A stretch of 63,922 bases of DNA, the filler included, from Acidimicrobiia bacterium (GTDB taxonomy: Bacteria > Actinomycetota > Acidimicrobiia > Spongiisociales > CAZKJJ01): NCBI GenBank assembly GCA_046759765.1. It is 9 parts of 9 records of this genome, joined end to end, with 100 filler letters (N's around TTAATTAATTAA, not from the genome) between each part and the next. Parts side by side here need not be neighbours in the genome. Positions count along the whole stretch, not along the records: positions 31,687 to 39,328 come from JBHICV010000122.1; positions 39,429 to 47,053 come from JBHICV010000123.1; positions 47,154 to 54,644 come from JBHICV010000124.1; 6 more parts are not named here. One strand, given 5' to 3'. Positions 36,527 through 47,449 of the stretch are shown one piece after another. The notes beneath the pieces were generated by a model, which saw nothing but the letters and a program-made list of their open reading frames with translations, did no database searches and had not been told where the DNA came from. Position numbers and translations under genes: made by a program. How positions within the stretch are numbered: the first letter of the stretch is position 1; every line of letters begins with the position of its first letter.

Positions 36527-37519
36527 ATGGCCTCTGCCGTTGATATTCATGCGCATTTCTTCCCCGAAGCATACCTTAAGCTGATTGCTGAGGACGGCGG
36601 ACGCTGTGGGGCGCGCCTCTCGCGTTCGGATCCCAAGGGGCCGGTGATCGAGCTCGGGGCTCTCCGGAGCGGCCCGCTCCGGGCAGCCTTCAGCGACCTC
36701 GACCTCCGCCGCAGGGAGATGGATCGGCAGAAGGTGGGAGTGCACGCCCTCTCCCTGACCCTGCCGATGGTCTACTGGGCCGATGGTGAGCTGGGGCTGC
36801 GCCTGGCCCGGGCCTTCAACAACGCCCTGGGGGAGGCCCACACGGCGTTCCCTGACCGGTTCGTCGGCTTGGCGACGCTGCCGATGCAGGAACCTCGACT
36901 CGCTCTCGAGGAACTGGAACGGGCGCGGGCGCTTCCAGGAATCCGCGGTGTTTACTTGGGAACCAACATCTGGGGACGGGAACTTTCCGACCTCGATTTC
37001 TTTCCGGTCTACGAACGGATGGCCGCCCTTGGACTGCCACTCTTCTTGCATCCCGTCACTGTCGTCGGGGCCGAGCACTTGGAGTCGTATTACCTGAAGA
37101 ATCTTCTCGGCAACCCGTTCGACTCGGCGGTGGCCGCGGCTCACCTGATCTTCGGTGGCGTGCTCGACCGCGTGACGCGCCTTCAGGTCTGTCTGCCTCA
37201 TGCCGGCGGCGCCTTCCCGTATCTCGCCGGACGACTCACTCGAGGCTGGAAGGTTCGGAGCGAGTGCCAGCATCTCAAGCGCCCGCCGACGGCCTATCTC
37301 CGCCGCTTCACGTATGACACCATCAGCCACTCGGACGAGGCGCTGCGCTATTTGATTCGCATCGTCGGCGCCGATCGCGTCCTGCTCGGAAGCGACTACT
37401 GCTTCGACATGGGGTACGAGCGACCCGTGGACGTAATCACCCGCCTCCGCTTCCTCAAGGCGGCGGACCGAGCGCGCATCCTGAGAAGCAATGCCGCGCG
37501 TCTGCTGCGTCTGACCTAG
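36527..37519 (+). CDS. Amidohydrolase_2 family (ACMSD-like decarboxylase/hydratase)
   Basis: DIHAH, LFLHP, HAGGAFP, YDT, LLGSDY. Confidence 0.9.
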   Translation: MASAVDIHAHFFPEAYLKLIAEDGGRCGARLSRSDPKGPVIELGALRSGPLRAAFSDLDLRRREMDRQKVGVHALSLTLPMVYWADGELGLRLARAFNNALGEAHTAFPDRFVGLATLPMQEPRLALEELERARALPGIRGVYLGTNIWGRELSDLDFFPVYERMAALGLPLFLHPVTVVGAEHLESYYLKNLLGNPFDSAVAAAHLIFGGVLDRVTRLQVCLPHAGGAFPYLAGRLTRGWKVRSECQHLKRPPTAYLRRFTYDTISHSDEALRYLIRIVGADRVLLGSDYCFDMGYERPVDVITRLRFLKAADRARILRSNAARLLRLT

Positions 37520-37600
37520 GTCGATGACCTTCTGGATCCTCCAGAGCTTCAACGGCATCTCCTGCGGTGCGCAGCCGAGCTATGAAATGCGTCATAAGGG

Positions 37601-38653
37601 GTGGCGGTGAGAGCGATGGTCCTTCGCGAACTGGGGGGCCCGGTGCGGCTGGAAGAGGTGCCGGTCCCGAAGATCGGTCCCAACGATGTCCTCATCCGGG
37701 TTCGGGCGACGGGCGTCGGCCTCACCGTCGTCATCATGACCGCGAACCCAGGGTTGGTGACGGCGTACCCCAGGATTCCGGGTCACGAGGTGGCCGGCGA
37801 GGTTGTAGAGCTGGGCTCGGAGGTGGAGACTGTCAAGCAGGGAGAGCGGGTCACCTGCCACTTTTACCTGACCTGCAAGGTCTGTCCCTACTGTCGGAGC
37901 GGTCGCGAGACCCTCTGCCCCGACTTCCGAGGCTATGTGGGGATGGCGTGTGACGGTGGCTATGCCGAATACATGGCGATTCCCGCGGCCAACCTCTGTC
38001 GGATCCCCGCCGGCGTCTCGAATCTCGAGGCGGCCATAGGGGCGGACGCCATCTGCACGCCCCTTCATGCCTGCCGGGAGGAGGCCCGGGTCGGCCCTGG
38101 CGATCACGTGCTGATCGTTGGCGCTGGCGGCGGGGTCGGGATCCACGCGGTCCAGATGGCCAAGCTGTGCGGCGGGTACGTTTTGGCGGCCGATCTGAGC
38201 GACGCCAAGCTCGAGATGGCCAAGGCGGTGGGGGCGGACGAACTGATCGATGTCCGGAAGGCGGAGTTGTCAAAGCAGGTGCTCGCTAAGACCGATGGGA
38301 GAGGCGTGGACGCGGCGATCGATTGCGTGGCCTCGAGTGAGACGCTGGAGGGGTGTCTCCCGTCCCTCGCACGGGCTGGCCGGCTGGTCATCATCGGCTC
38401 CCGCCCCTCAGCGGTGTTCCAGGCCGATCCCACCTTCCGCGTGGACCCGCAGTGGGTGCTGAACCGCATGCTCGAGATCCACGGCTCGCGCTACGTCTCC
38501 CTGGCAGAGCTGGCCCAGACTCTGGAGCTTCTCCGCCAGAAACGGATCAGGGCCATCGTCACGCGGAAATTCCCTCTGGAGGCCGCCGAGGAGGCCCACC
38601 GTCTCCTCAGGGAGAACGCGCTCGTCGGCCGCGCAGCGCTGATCCAGGAATAA
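37601..38653 (+). CDS. Zinc-dependent alcohol dehydrogenase family protein
   Basis: GHEVAG, CKVCPYC..C, GAGGGVG. The usual catalytic Cys (GxC) is replaced by GVG. Confidence 0.9.
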   Translation: MAVRAMVLRELGGPVRLEEVPVPKIGPNDVLIRVRATGVGLTVVIMTANPGLVTAYPRIPGHEVAGEVVELGSEVETVKQGERVTCHFYLTCKVCPYCRSGRETLCPDFRGYVGMACDGGYAEYMAIPAANLCRIPAGVSNLEAAIGADAICTPLHACREEARVGPGDHVLIVGAGGGVGIHAVQMAKLCGGYVLAADLSDAKLEMAKAVGADELIDVRKAELSKQVLAKTDGRGVDAAIDCVASSETLEGCLPSLARAGRLVIIGSRPSAVFQADPTFRVDPQWVLNRMLEIHGSRYVSLAELAQTLELLRQKRIRAIVTRKFPLEAAEEAHRLLRENALVGRAALIQE

Positions 38654-38757
38654 AGACTGGCTGCCACTCGGGGAGAGAAGCATCTTTAACCACATGCCCG
38701 GCGGGAGTTGGGACAGACCCTCGTCCACCCTCCGGCGGCTATCCTTCTGGGGAGCGT

Positions 38758-38985
38758 ATGCCATCTCCAAAGCGCGCAAAGCTGGACGCCGATCATTCCT
38801 TCCACGCCATCTACGACAAGGACGTCAAGTGGGAAGACGGGCTGGCGATGGAGCTCCTCACGCTGCCGAAGGGTGTCAAGGTGAAGGTCTTCACCCACGA
38901 CCCGATCACCCAGCGGATCGATATGAAGATTAAATTCCCGAAGGGCTACGTTGAGCCGGTTGTCGTCGGTCCACGACAACCGTAA
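38758..38985 (+). pseudogene. Probable truncated cupin (ChrR-like) gene
   Basis: GGAG SD; W....LPKGVKVKVF..DP...RIDMKIKFPKGYVEP, then divergence and a stop where HxH would be expected. Confidence 0.5.
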
Positions 38986-39003
38986 ATCCTGTCAGAGGCG
39001 CCC

Positions 39004-39328
39004 GTGGCTCGCTTCAAGGTGGTGGTGACCGATACCGTCTTCCCGTCCCTGGACCCAGAGCGCGAGACTCTGCGCCCGCTGGACGCCGAGCTCGTGGTCG
39101 GCCAGTGCCACAGCGAGGAGGACGTCATCGCCCTGACCCGTGATGCCGATGTGGTCCTCGTGACCTACGCGCCTATCACCGCGAGTGTCATCGAGTCCCT
39201 TGGAAAGGCCCGAGCCGTGATCCGCTGCGGCATCGGCGTGGACAACGTGGACATCAACGCCGCCACCCGGCGAGGCATCATGGTGGCCAACACCACCAAC
39301 TACTGCATCGAAGAGGTGGCCGACCATG
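39004..39328 (+). CDS. D-2-hydroxyacid dehydrogenase (CtBP/SerA-like), N-terminal part
   Basis: RCGIGVDNVDINAATRRGIMVAN...YCIEEVADH; cut by contig end. Confidence 0.9.
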
Positions 39329-39428
39329 NNNNNNNNNNNNNNNNNNNNNNNNNNNNNNNNNNNNNNNNNNNNTTAATTAATTAANNNNNNNNNNNNNNNN
39401 NNNNNNNNNNNNNNNNNNNNNNNNNNNN
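39329..39428. other. Artificial contig linker
   Basis: N44-TTAATTAATTAA-N44. Confidence 0.99.
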
Positions 39429-39561
39429 CCCTATCTCCGGCCCGGCGTGATTCGGCAGATGTTGCGAGAGCTAGAGGACAAGATCGACTTTGTCTGGGTG
39501 CCGATAGTCAGGGTGGTGGGGCGGAAGGCCGTGCCGTGACGAGGCGTCTCAGAGTCCGCCC

Positions 39562-40860
39562 TTGATCTCCCGCTACTCACTTCCGGAGATGGCTGCCGTC
39601 TGGTCTTCGGAGCGGAAGCTCTCGCTATGGCGGCAGATCGAGTCTCTGGCCGCGGAGGCCTGGGAAGCGCTAGGCCGTGCTCCGGCCGGAACTGGCGCGG
39701 CTATCGCCTCCGCCGCTCCCATTACGCCTGAGGAGCTCGCCAAGCGAGAGATGACGACGCAGCATGACCTCGCCGCCTTCGTCGATCTTCTGGCCGAGCG
39801 TTCGGGCCCGGCTGCTGAATGGGTGCACTACGGCCTTACGTCATCGGATGTCCTGGATACGGCCACCGCGGTTCAGCTGACCGAAAGCACCGATCTCCTT
39901 CTCGCGCGCACTGCGGAGCTCTTCCAGCTGGTGAAAGACCGCGCCCTCGAAAATCAGGACTCCGTCATGGTGGGGCGGACTCACGGCATCTGGGCAGAGC
40001 CCACGACGTTTGGCCTCAAGCTGGCCGGCTGGGCCTTTGAACTGGCGAGAGATCACCAACGGTTACAGCGAACGCGCGCCACGGTGGCAGTGGGCAAGGT
40101 CAGCGGCGCGGTCGGAACCTATAGCCAGGCTCCACCCCAAGTGGAGGAGCTCGTATGCGAGCGTTTGGGGTTGAGTATCGAGCCGGCACCGACGCAAGTC
40201 ACGGCTCGGGATCGCCATGCCGAGTACCTCCAGACGCTGGCGATTTGCGGAGCATCGATCGAGCGGTTCGCCACTGAAATCAGGCATCTCGCCCGGAGCG
40301 AGGTGGCGGAGGTGGCGGAGGCTTTCTCCACCGGCCAGAAGGGCTCGTCGGCCATGCCTCACAAGCGCAACCCGGTGACCTCGGAGCGAACGACCGGATT
40401 GGCGCGGCTGCTTCGTGGCTATGCCGGCGTCGGGCTCGAGAACATGGCCCTGTGGCACGAACGCGACATCAGTCACTCATCGGCGGAACGGGTGGTGCTC
40501 CCCGACGCCTCCCTCGTTCTTCATTACATACTGGTGAAGTTCCGAGACGTCGTAGCTGATCTGGTCATCGACGCCTCCCGCATGCGCCAGAACTTGGAAG
40601 CGACGAGCGGCTTGGTCTACAGCCAGACGGTGCTATACGCGCTGATCGACTCCGGCCTTTCCCGGGAGGCTGCGTACCGAACTGTCCAAGAAAAAGCGGC
40701 CACTGTCATAGATGAGGGAATCTCGCTCCGGGATGCACTCGTCACCGACCCGGCTACCCCGCTGTCTGATGACCAATTGGATCGCCTGTTTTCTTGGGAG
40801 CCTCTACTGGATAACTCAGCAGTGATATGGAAGAGGCTCGAAGAACTGGAGCTGAGCTAG
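39562..40860 (+). CDS. purB: Adenylosuccinate lyase
   Basis: [29 protein letters not shown] fumarase-family signature, [10 protein letters not shown]. Confidence 0.97.
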   Translation: MISRYSLPEMAAVWSSERKLSLWRQIESLAAEAWEALGRAPAGTGAAIASAAPITPEELAKREMTTQHDLAAFVDLLAERSGPAAEWVHYGLTSSDVLDTATAVQLTESTDLLLARTAELFQLVKDRALENQDSVMVGRTHGIWAEPTTFGLKLAGWAFELARDHQRLQRTRATVAVGKVSGAVGTYSQAPPQVEELVCERLGLSIEPAPTQVTARDRHAEYLQTLAICGASIERFATEIRHLARSEVAEVAEAFSTGQKGSSAMPHKRNPVTSERTTGLARLLRGYAGVGLENMALWHERDISHSSAERVVLPDASLVLHYILVKFRDVVADLVIDASRMRQNLEATSGLVYSQTVLYALIDSGLSREAAYRTVQEKAATVIDEGISLRDALVTDPATPLSDDQLDRLFSWEPLLDNSAVIWKRLEELELS

Positions 40861-41900
40861 GCGTCTTCAGGTTCGTTTGAGGACCGCAGCTGGACAGCCG
40901 CTAGGACGATCGCTACTACTGCCACGACCAAAGCCAGCAGCAAGAAGGTCGCCCGTAGGCTGTTACCGACCGTGGCCACCACCGAACCCACTGCCTCTGC
41001 TCCCCGGCCGGCAACCACCGAGTCAACCAGTGCATCCTCCGCCGCACTCACGAGCAACCATGCGAGGAGAGCTGAGATTCCCCCTCCGATTGCCAGTGTG
41101 ATGCCGAAGCGAGACCGCTCTCGGGCGAAGGCCGCCGCACCGGCGAACAACAGGACCGTGATCAATGGAAACAGCCAGAAGAGCGTGTCGAGCACCTTCA
41201 CCAACTGCTGGGCTGCGGCCAGCTGCTCCGAGGAGTAGACCACCACTTGACCGAAGTCATCCGGCACGTCGACCCCGAGCCGCTCCTCTAGCGCCGCGAT
41301 CAACTCGCCCTCTCCGATGCCGGAGAGGTCCACACCTAGGAGGTCGCCGACTCGTTCCCCGAGGCCGGAAATGACGGCGAGAATCATGCCGCTCACGTCG
41401 AGGGTGACGACTCCCTCATCTACCAACACAGGTCCGGCACCTCCTCGGAGAATGGTCACCACGGTGGAATGGGTGATCCGATTGGCTTCCTCCCAGATTG
41501 GACGGAACCGCTCACCGGTCACCAGGTCATCCACCCTCTCGGCGATGAAGTCTTCGGCGAACCCGGCCAGGGGGATAGCCAGGAGGTCGAGGGGCGGGCT
41601 CAATCGGGAGGCGATCCTGTCCTCGAGGTCTAGGACTCCAGTTATCTCCTCGGTGATTCGATCGGCAACGGCTCCAGTCACGGCCTCATCGGTCGCAATG
41701 GGCCCGACCAGATCCACCCATCCTTCGGTGTCAAGCAGAGTCTGGTGCACCCACCAAGCCGCGCCGCTGGCGATTACACCCACCCACGCGAGGATCGCAA
41801 AGACGATTGCAAGCGCCTGGATTCGGGGGAAACGCTCCCACCAGCTCACTTGGCTCGCGGGCGCGTCGGGCGACGAATCCACTGGTGCGTTCTCAACCAA
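40857..41900 (-). CDS. Integral membrane protein (actinobacterial hypothetical)
   Basis: 1 N-terminal TM, helical extracytoplasmic region with F..IWEEANR..H, 3 C-terminal TMs. Confidence 0.75.
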   Translation of the reverse strand: MVENAPVDSSPDAPASQVSWWERFPRIQALAIVFAILAWVGVIASGAAWWVHQTLLDTEGWVDLVGPIATDEAVTGAVADRITEEITGVLDLEDRIASRLSPPLDLLAIPLAGFAEDFIAERVDDLVTGERFRPIWEEANRITHSTVVTILRGGAGPVLVDEGVVTLDVSGMILAVISGLGERVGDLLGVDLSGIGEGELIAALEERLGVDVPDDFGQVVVYSSEQLAAAQQLVKVLDTLFWLFPLITVLLFAGAAAFARERSRFGITLAIGGGISALLAWLLVSAAEDALVDSVVAGRGAEAVGSVVATVGNSLRATFLLLALVVAVVAIVLAAVQLRSSNEPEDA

Positions 41901-42031
41901 GGCCGCGGGATCTTAGAGGGGGCTGCGTGAGCTGAGAAAACGAGTCAGGCCGATCCCTCAGTCCGCCAAATGGTGCGAACCCGAGATGACTCATCGAGGT
42001 TGGATCCTTGGGTTGGTAGCTTGCCGCCTGA

Positions 42032-43729
42032 TTGAACAGCGAAACGACTAGTCCGACCGAGGCCGGCGGACAGCGACGCCGGATAGCTCGAGGTGCCCGA
42101 TGGCTGCTCTGGCGGCATCTCGCCTTTGGCGGGTTGGCCGGCGCGGTTGTCTTCCTCTGCCTGTCGCTGACGCCGTCACTACTTCCCCGGCCATGGTTTC
42201 TGCAAGGCGCGGTGAGTGGCATCACAGCCGCCATCGGCTATGGGCTGGGCAGCCTGATGTCAACTGCCATACGTGGTTTCACTCGCGACGAGCCGGCTGC
42301 TCGAACCAAGCGGAGGGCATGGCGCGTACTGGTCGTCGTCTCGGTGCTGTTGATTGCCTTGTTCTTGTACCTGGGCAACCAGTGGCAGCAGGTGGTTAGG
42401 GGCCTGCAGGACCTAGATCCACTGACGCCCAACGAATGGCTCGGGATCATCCTGGTAGCAGCGATCGTCTTCTATCTGGTGCTGATCGTCTCTCGTGTGA
42501 TCCGTGGAGCCACCATCGGTCTCATTTCGGTCGCTTCTCGCTTTCTGTCCCCGGGCTGGGCAAGGTCGGTCGGCGTGGTGGCGTCGGTCGTGGTGTTCAG
42601 CTTCCTAGCCTTCGGTTGGCTGCTCGACGGTGTCTACGACGTATTCGACTCGATCAGCGCCGTGAGAGCCGCCGGCCACCCCGCAAGGAGTGGTCGCGCC
42701 GACCACGCCGTTGCGGTCGGGCAATCCGGTTTCTCTAGTGCCTTGGGACACACTCGGCTCGAAGGGAAGGGAGTTCGTGGGAACAGGCCCCACGGTCGAG
42801 GAAATAACCGCGGTAACGGGTCGGCCGGCAACAGAGCCGATCCGTGTGTATGTAGGGCTCCAGTCTGCCGACTCACTCGACGCCCGTGTCGACGTGGCGA
42901 TGCGAGAGTTAGACCGAACGGGCGCGTTTGAACGCGCCGTGATTCTCGTTCACACCCCGTCGGGCAACGGAGAGATCATCCGGGAGGCCGCCGAGTCGCT
43001 CGAGTACATGTTTGGGGGTGACACAGCCCAGGTGGCCATCCAGTACTCCTATCTGCCGAGCTGGGTGACGATGTTCGCCAAGCCGGACGATGCGGTAGAT
43101 CACTCAAAGAAGCTGATCGAAGGACTGAACACTCGCCTTGGCCAGATTTCGGAGGCAGAACGACCCAAGCTCCTGCTCTACGGCGAGAGCCTGGGATCGT
43201 TTGGTACCGAGGCCGCCTTCGAGGGGCTCGACGACATGGCGCAGCGTATGGACGGCGCCCTGCTAGTAGGTCCCTCCTTCCTCAACCCCATGCGAGAGAC
43301 AGTCATCCAAGGGCGTGACCCGGCCAGTCCGGTGTGGCTTGCGGTCTATCAGGACGGTAGGACGGTTCGTTTTGCCGTGATGCCTTCAAATCTCGAGGAG
43401 GTCGGTTCTGACTGGCCTTTTCCTCGAGTTGTCTATCTCCAGAACTCGAGCGACGCAGTCAGCTGGTGGGTTCCCGAACTCCTTTTCTGCCGCCCGAATG
43501 GCTCGAGGATCCCCGAGGCCCCGACGTGTCGCCCGATATGACCTGGATTCCGGTGATCACGTTCTGGCAAACCCTTGTAGACCTGATCATGGGCTCGGGT
43601 GCCGAGCCGGGTCATGGTCACCGGTACGGGGTCAACGTGGTCGATGGCATGGTTGCCATTGCGGACCCCCCCGACTGGTCGACCAGCCTCACCGCGCAAC
43701 TGCGCGACCTCCTGCGGGAAGAGAACTGA
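42032..43729 (+). pseudogene. Membrane alpha/beta-hydrolase (Abhydrolase_9-like) with two frameshifts
   Basis: SLTPSLLPR N-terminal TM part; +1 near 42676; LG.KGREFV, PIRVYVG, QYSYLPSW, YGESLG; -1 near 43483-43487; WL..PRGPDV, W.P.ITFWQ..DL, GHGH.Y. Confidence 0.85.
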
Positions 43730-43742
43730 CGGGCCTATGAGA

Positions 43743-43766
43743 ACGCCGGGCCATCAGGCCCGGCGT
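43743..43766. terminator. Hairpin between convergent genes
   Basis: ACGCCGGGCC-ATCA-GGCCCGGCGT perfect 10-bp stem; no clear U-tract. Confidence 0.55.
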
Positions 43767-43791
43767 CTCGATTTGCCCTGCGAGGTATGCC

Positions 43792-44235
43792 TCACATGGC
43801 CTTTCGCTTCATCTCCTCGAATTCGGCGTCGGAAATCACGCCGTCGTTATGCAGCTGCTTCAACTTGGCAATCTCGTCGGCAGAGCTATAACCCTCCAAC
43901 TGGCGCTGCCGCGTCTGGGCCTCTTCCATCATGCGCTGGTCCTGCTCAGTCATCCGAGGACGAGCGATCAGATAGATCAGGATCCCCAGGAAGGGCAGGA
44001 AGATGATCAACACCGTCCAGCCCGCCTTGCCCCAACCGGAGATGTCATCCCTCCGGAAGATGTCGGCGAAGATCGTTATCAACAGCCAGAAGAAGATCAC
44101 CAGGAGGAAGAACCAGAGCATCCAAAGGACCACGTCCCAGAATTGAGTTCCTTCTCCGGATACACCACCGGCACAAGAAGCGATGACTAGCGGCAGGGCA
44201 CCGACCGCCAACAGCCGCCATTTATGAGAGCGCAT
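43792..44235 (-). CDS. SHOCT + PLDc_N-type small membrane protein
   Basis: DIFRRDDISGWGKAGW....LPFLG.LIYLIAR and ADEIAKLKQL...G.ISDAEFEEMK; GGGAGGAG SD. Confidence 0.9.
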   Translation of the reverse strand: MRSHKWRLLAVGALPLVIASCAGGVSGEGTQFWDVVLWMLWFFLLVIFFWLLITIFADIFRRDDISGWGKAGWTVLIIFLPFLGILIYLIARPRMTEQDQRMMEEAQTRQRQLEGYSSADEIAKLKQLHNDGVISDAEFEEMKRKAM

Positions 44236-44343
44236 GCTCCTCCCTTGTCTCGAATCGGGAGCACCCTAGCCACGGCCAAAGGTGCCTGCATTTCGCGTTC
44301 TCGCCGTCTGAGCGTGGCATTTCTTGACCCGCCCTAGGGTGCA

Positions 44344-46806
44344 ATGCCAACCTTCCGGCCGATTCCTCGACGGGTTGGACTGATGGCGCTTGATGGCGAA
44401 GAACCTGACCTAGCCACCGAACCCGATCCGACGAAGAAGGAGAAGCGCCTCTCCGCCTACCGGACCCGCTGGTTTGTGACCACCTTCGACAGCCCCCGCA
44501 TACGCAGGCCGGCCGATGTCATCACGGTCGTAGCAGGCGCCCTACTCATCCTCCTGGGCATTCTGGGCGCCAACAAGGTGAGTGGACTTGAGGACTCGGT
44601 TACCAGCTTGCTCTCTTCGCTCCCCAACTGGAGCCGCTCCCTTTTCAAGCTTGCCTACGCAATCGGCGCCCTGTACGCCCTCCTTCTGGTCGCCATAGCG
44701 CTCCTCAATCGGAGAGCCCGCCAGGCCGTGCTCCGAGATCTGCTGGCGGTGTTGGTGCTCGCCGCGCTAATGGCAGTGCTGTTGGCGCGATGGGTCGAGG
44801 GCGAGTGGCCGAACCTCTTTCCCGAGTTCAGCTCGACGGATCCCATCACCCAGTTTCCCGTTTTCCGCGTCGTCATGGTGACCGCGATTCTCGCCACCGC
44901 CGCACCGCATCTGATCAGGCCGCTTCGACGCTTGGGATGGGCGGTGATAGCCCTGGTGACCATCTCCGGCATTGGGCTGGGTTACGGCTACACGAGCGAT
45001 GCGATGGGCGCGAATGGCCTTGGCCTCGCCGCAGCGGGCACCGTCCTGCTCGTGTTCGGATCACCACGCGGCTATCCAGACAAGGAGGAAATCGCGGCAG
45101 CATTGCGCGGTCTCGGTGTGGCGACCAACGGACTGAGAATCGCACCCAACCAAGACTGGGGTGCCCGCCTACTGCTGGCAGACGGCCCGGACGGCCAACC
45201 GCTCGCCATCAAGGCCTACGGTCGGGACGCCACCGACTCTCAGCTCTTCGCCAAACTCTGGCGGTCGATCTGGTTCCGCGACACCGGACCGGCACTCTCC
45301 TACTCCCGACTGCATGGTGTCGAGCACGAGGCATTGATCACTCTCCTGGCCGCTCGGCAAGGGGTCTCCACAGCACAGCTCATTGCCGCCGGAGAGCCGG
45401 GCGAGGACGTAGCCCTCTTGGTGGTGGCCCAGCCGGGCCGGCCTATCTTCGACCTCGGCGCAGAAGGCATCTCTGACCGGGCGCTGGCTTCGGTCTGGGC
45501 GGATGTGGCGAAGCTTCATGAGGCATCCATGGCCCACGGGCGGCTCTCGGCCTCCAATGTCCACCTGAATAGAGACGAGCACGTACTGACCGACTTCTCG
45601 GCCGGTTCCTTCGGGGCCCCGGACATCCGAATCCAGTCGGACGTCGCCGAACTGCTGTTCTCTCTCGCCACGGTCGTCGGCATCGAGAGGGCCACGCGAT
45701 CTGCCTTAATTGGCCTGGGCCAAGACAAGCTCACAGCAGCGCTGCCATATCTCCAGCTGCCCAGCGTGAGCACGCGCTCCAGGAACGCGGCAGACGACCC
45801 CAAGCAGCTCATCACAGACCTGCAGCAAGAGGCGGGCCGGCTGACCAACACGGACTTACCGGAGCCCGCTCAAGTGCGGCGCGTCTCAACCCGGCAGATC
45901 GTCATGACCGTCCTGACATTGGTGGCTGCCTACGCGCTCATCTCGATGCTGGCCGGCCTCGACTGGGTAGCGGTATGGAATGAGATTCAGGATGCCCGCT
46001 GGGGATGGGTGGTCGTGGCGCTCATTGTCGGGCAGGCCGCGTTCGTATTTGAAGCCACCGCCATGATGGCGGCCGTGGGCGATCCGCTTCCGTTCCGCCC
46101 GGTCCTCGTTTTGCAGCTGGCGTCGAAGTACATCGGGCTTGCCATCCCCGGGGTGGCCGGTCGGGTAGCCACCAATACGGCTTTCCTCCGCAAGTTCGGT
46201 GTGTCTCCGGCCATTGCGGTGACCCAGGGCGCGCTCGACAGCCTGTCCGGTTTCATCGTCGAGGCCGCCATCCTCGTGTTGGTACTGCTGTTCGGTGAGC
46301 TGACTATCGGTGTGGACTCAGGGGATCAGGACTGGGGACTGGTCATGGCCATCGTGCTGCTCGTCATCATCGGCGGCGTACTGCTCGTGTGGAGAGTGCA
46401 GAAGTTTCACGACAGAGTCGTTCCGGTTCTGAAACAGGTGGGAGGCGCCCTCAGATCTCTCTTCGAGTCGCCCCGGCGGGCTTTCAGGCTGCTCGGCAGC
46501 AACGTCGCGTCTCGACTCATCCTGGCCATCACCCTGTCCCTCATTCTCATCGCACTAGACAGTCCGATCGGCGTTGCCACCGCGCTGGTCGTCGTAGTGG
46601 CCACCAACCTGCTAGCGGGACTTGCTCCCGTCCCCGGTGGGATCGGAGTGGCAGAGGCCGTGTTGACCGCCGGTCTCGTCGCGGTTGGGGTGGATGACAA
46701 CACCGCGTTTGCCGCCGCCGTCGTTTACCGAATCATCACCTTCTACCTTCCCTCGGTAGCAGGCTGGTATGCCGTGAAGTGGGAGGAGGCCAGGGGCTAC
46801 TTGTAA
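44344..46806 (+). CDS. Lysylphosphatidylglycerol synthase TM (flippase-like) protein with central kinase-like domain
   Basis: N-terminal TMs, HEAL / LH...AHG.L / DF kinase-like core, C-terminal PVPGGIGVAEA..YRIITFYLP. Start may be ATG at 44383. Confidence 0.85.
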   Translation: MPTFRPIPRRVGLMALDGEEPDLATEPDPTKKEKRLSAYRTRWFVTTFDSPRIRRPADVITVVAGALLILLGILGANKVSGLEDSVTSLLSSLPNWSRSLFKLAYAIGALYALLLVAIALLNRRARQAVLRDLLAVLVLAALMAVLLARWVEGEWPNLFPEFSSTDPITQFPVFRVVMVTAILATAAPHLIRPLRRLGWAVIALVTISGIGLGYGYTSDAMGANGLGLAAAGTVLLVFGSPRGYPDKEEIAAALRGLGVATNGLRIAPNQDWGARLLLADGPDGQPLAIKAYGRDATDSQLFAKLWRSIWFRDTGPALSYSRLHGVEHEALITLLAARQGVSTAQLIAAGEPGEDVALLVVAQPGRPIFDLGAEGISDRALASVWADVAKLHEASMAHGRLSASNVHLNRDEHVLTDFSAGSFGAPDIRIQSDVAELLFSLATVVGIERATRSALIGLGQDKLTAALPYLQLPSVSTRSRNAADDPKQLITDLQQEAGRLTNTDLPEPAQVRRVSTRQIVMTVLTLVAAYALISMLAGLDWVAVWNEIQDARWGWVVVALIVGQAAFVFEATAMMAAVGDPLPFRPVLVLQLASKYIGLAIPGVAGRVATNTAFLRKFGVSPAIAVTQGALDSLSGFIVEAAILVLVLLFGELTIGVDSGDQDWGLVMAIVLLVIIGGVLLVWRVQKFHDRVVPVLKQVGGALRSLFESPRRAFRLLGSNVASRLILAITLSLILIALDSPIGVATALVVVVATNLLAGLAPVPGGIGVAEAVLTAGLVAVGVDDNTAFAAAVVYRIITFYLPSVAGWYAVKWEEARGYL

Positions 46807-46848
46807 ACGACTTCGAGGCCCCGATCTTCCCCCTGGCAGAATGCTCGG

Positions 46849-47053
46849 ATGCCGCACATCGAACTGATCCCGCCAGAGCAAGCCCGCGGCGAACTGAAGC
46901 GTGAGTACGACGCCGCGATTCGCCGAGCCGGCCGGATCTGGAACATCGTCTCGGTTCAGTGCCAGACCCCGGAGATGCTCAAAGCCAGCATGCGTCTGTA
47001 TCAGGCCATCATGTACGGAGCTTCTCCGTTGTCCCGAGCGCAGAGAGAAATGA
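46849..47053 (+). CDS. AhpD/carboxymuconolactone decarboxylase-like protein, N-terminal part
   Basis: A.GEL...YD....RAG...NI......P.......Y..IM.G.S.LSRAQREM; cut by contig end. Confidence 0.8.
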
Positions 47054-47153
47054 NNNNNNNNNNNNNNNNNNNNNNNNNNNNNNNNNNNNNNNNNNNNTTA
47101 ATTAATTAANNNNNNNNNNNNNNNNNNNNNNNNNNNNNNNNNNNNNNNNNNNN
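47054..47153. other. Artificial contig linker
   Basis: N44-TTAATTAATTAA-N44. Confidence 0.99.
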
Positions 47154-47449
47154 AGCCTTTCCCGCATATTTGGACCACTTGCCTTGGAAACGCATGGAGA
47201 AACCGCGAAGAGAATCCAGTGACGGCAGCGGCGGTCGCTCTTCTCAGCCTGTCAGACGGGGGGCACCCCATATTGCCTCTCGATCTTCTGTCAATCCCGT
47301 AGGAGGATGTACGGACGGATCCGACGAAAAACCATAAGCCCGCTCCATGGAAACGCGCGACCGCGCCAAGCTAACTTTGGGAGGAGGAGACGGCAAAACC
47401 ATGTCCGTGGCACTAGTAAACCTCGGGCGATGCCTCATGAGGAGAAAAC

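Noticed and set aside
39429..39539. Possible 3' end of a gene upstream of purB (PYLRPGVIRQML...RVVGRKAVP)
   Set aside because: Too short to assign a family.
46849..47053. Possible selenoprotein: AhpD-like ORF with TGA at the contig end
   Set aside because: That TGA is out of frame (ATG A). The CxxC/CxxU region and any SECIS lie beyond the contig, so it cannot be assessed.
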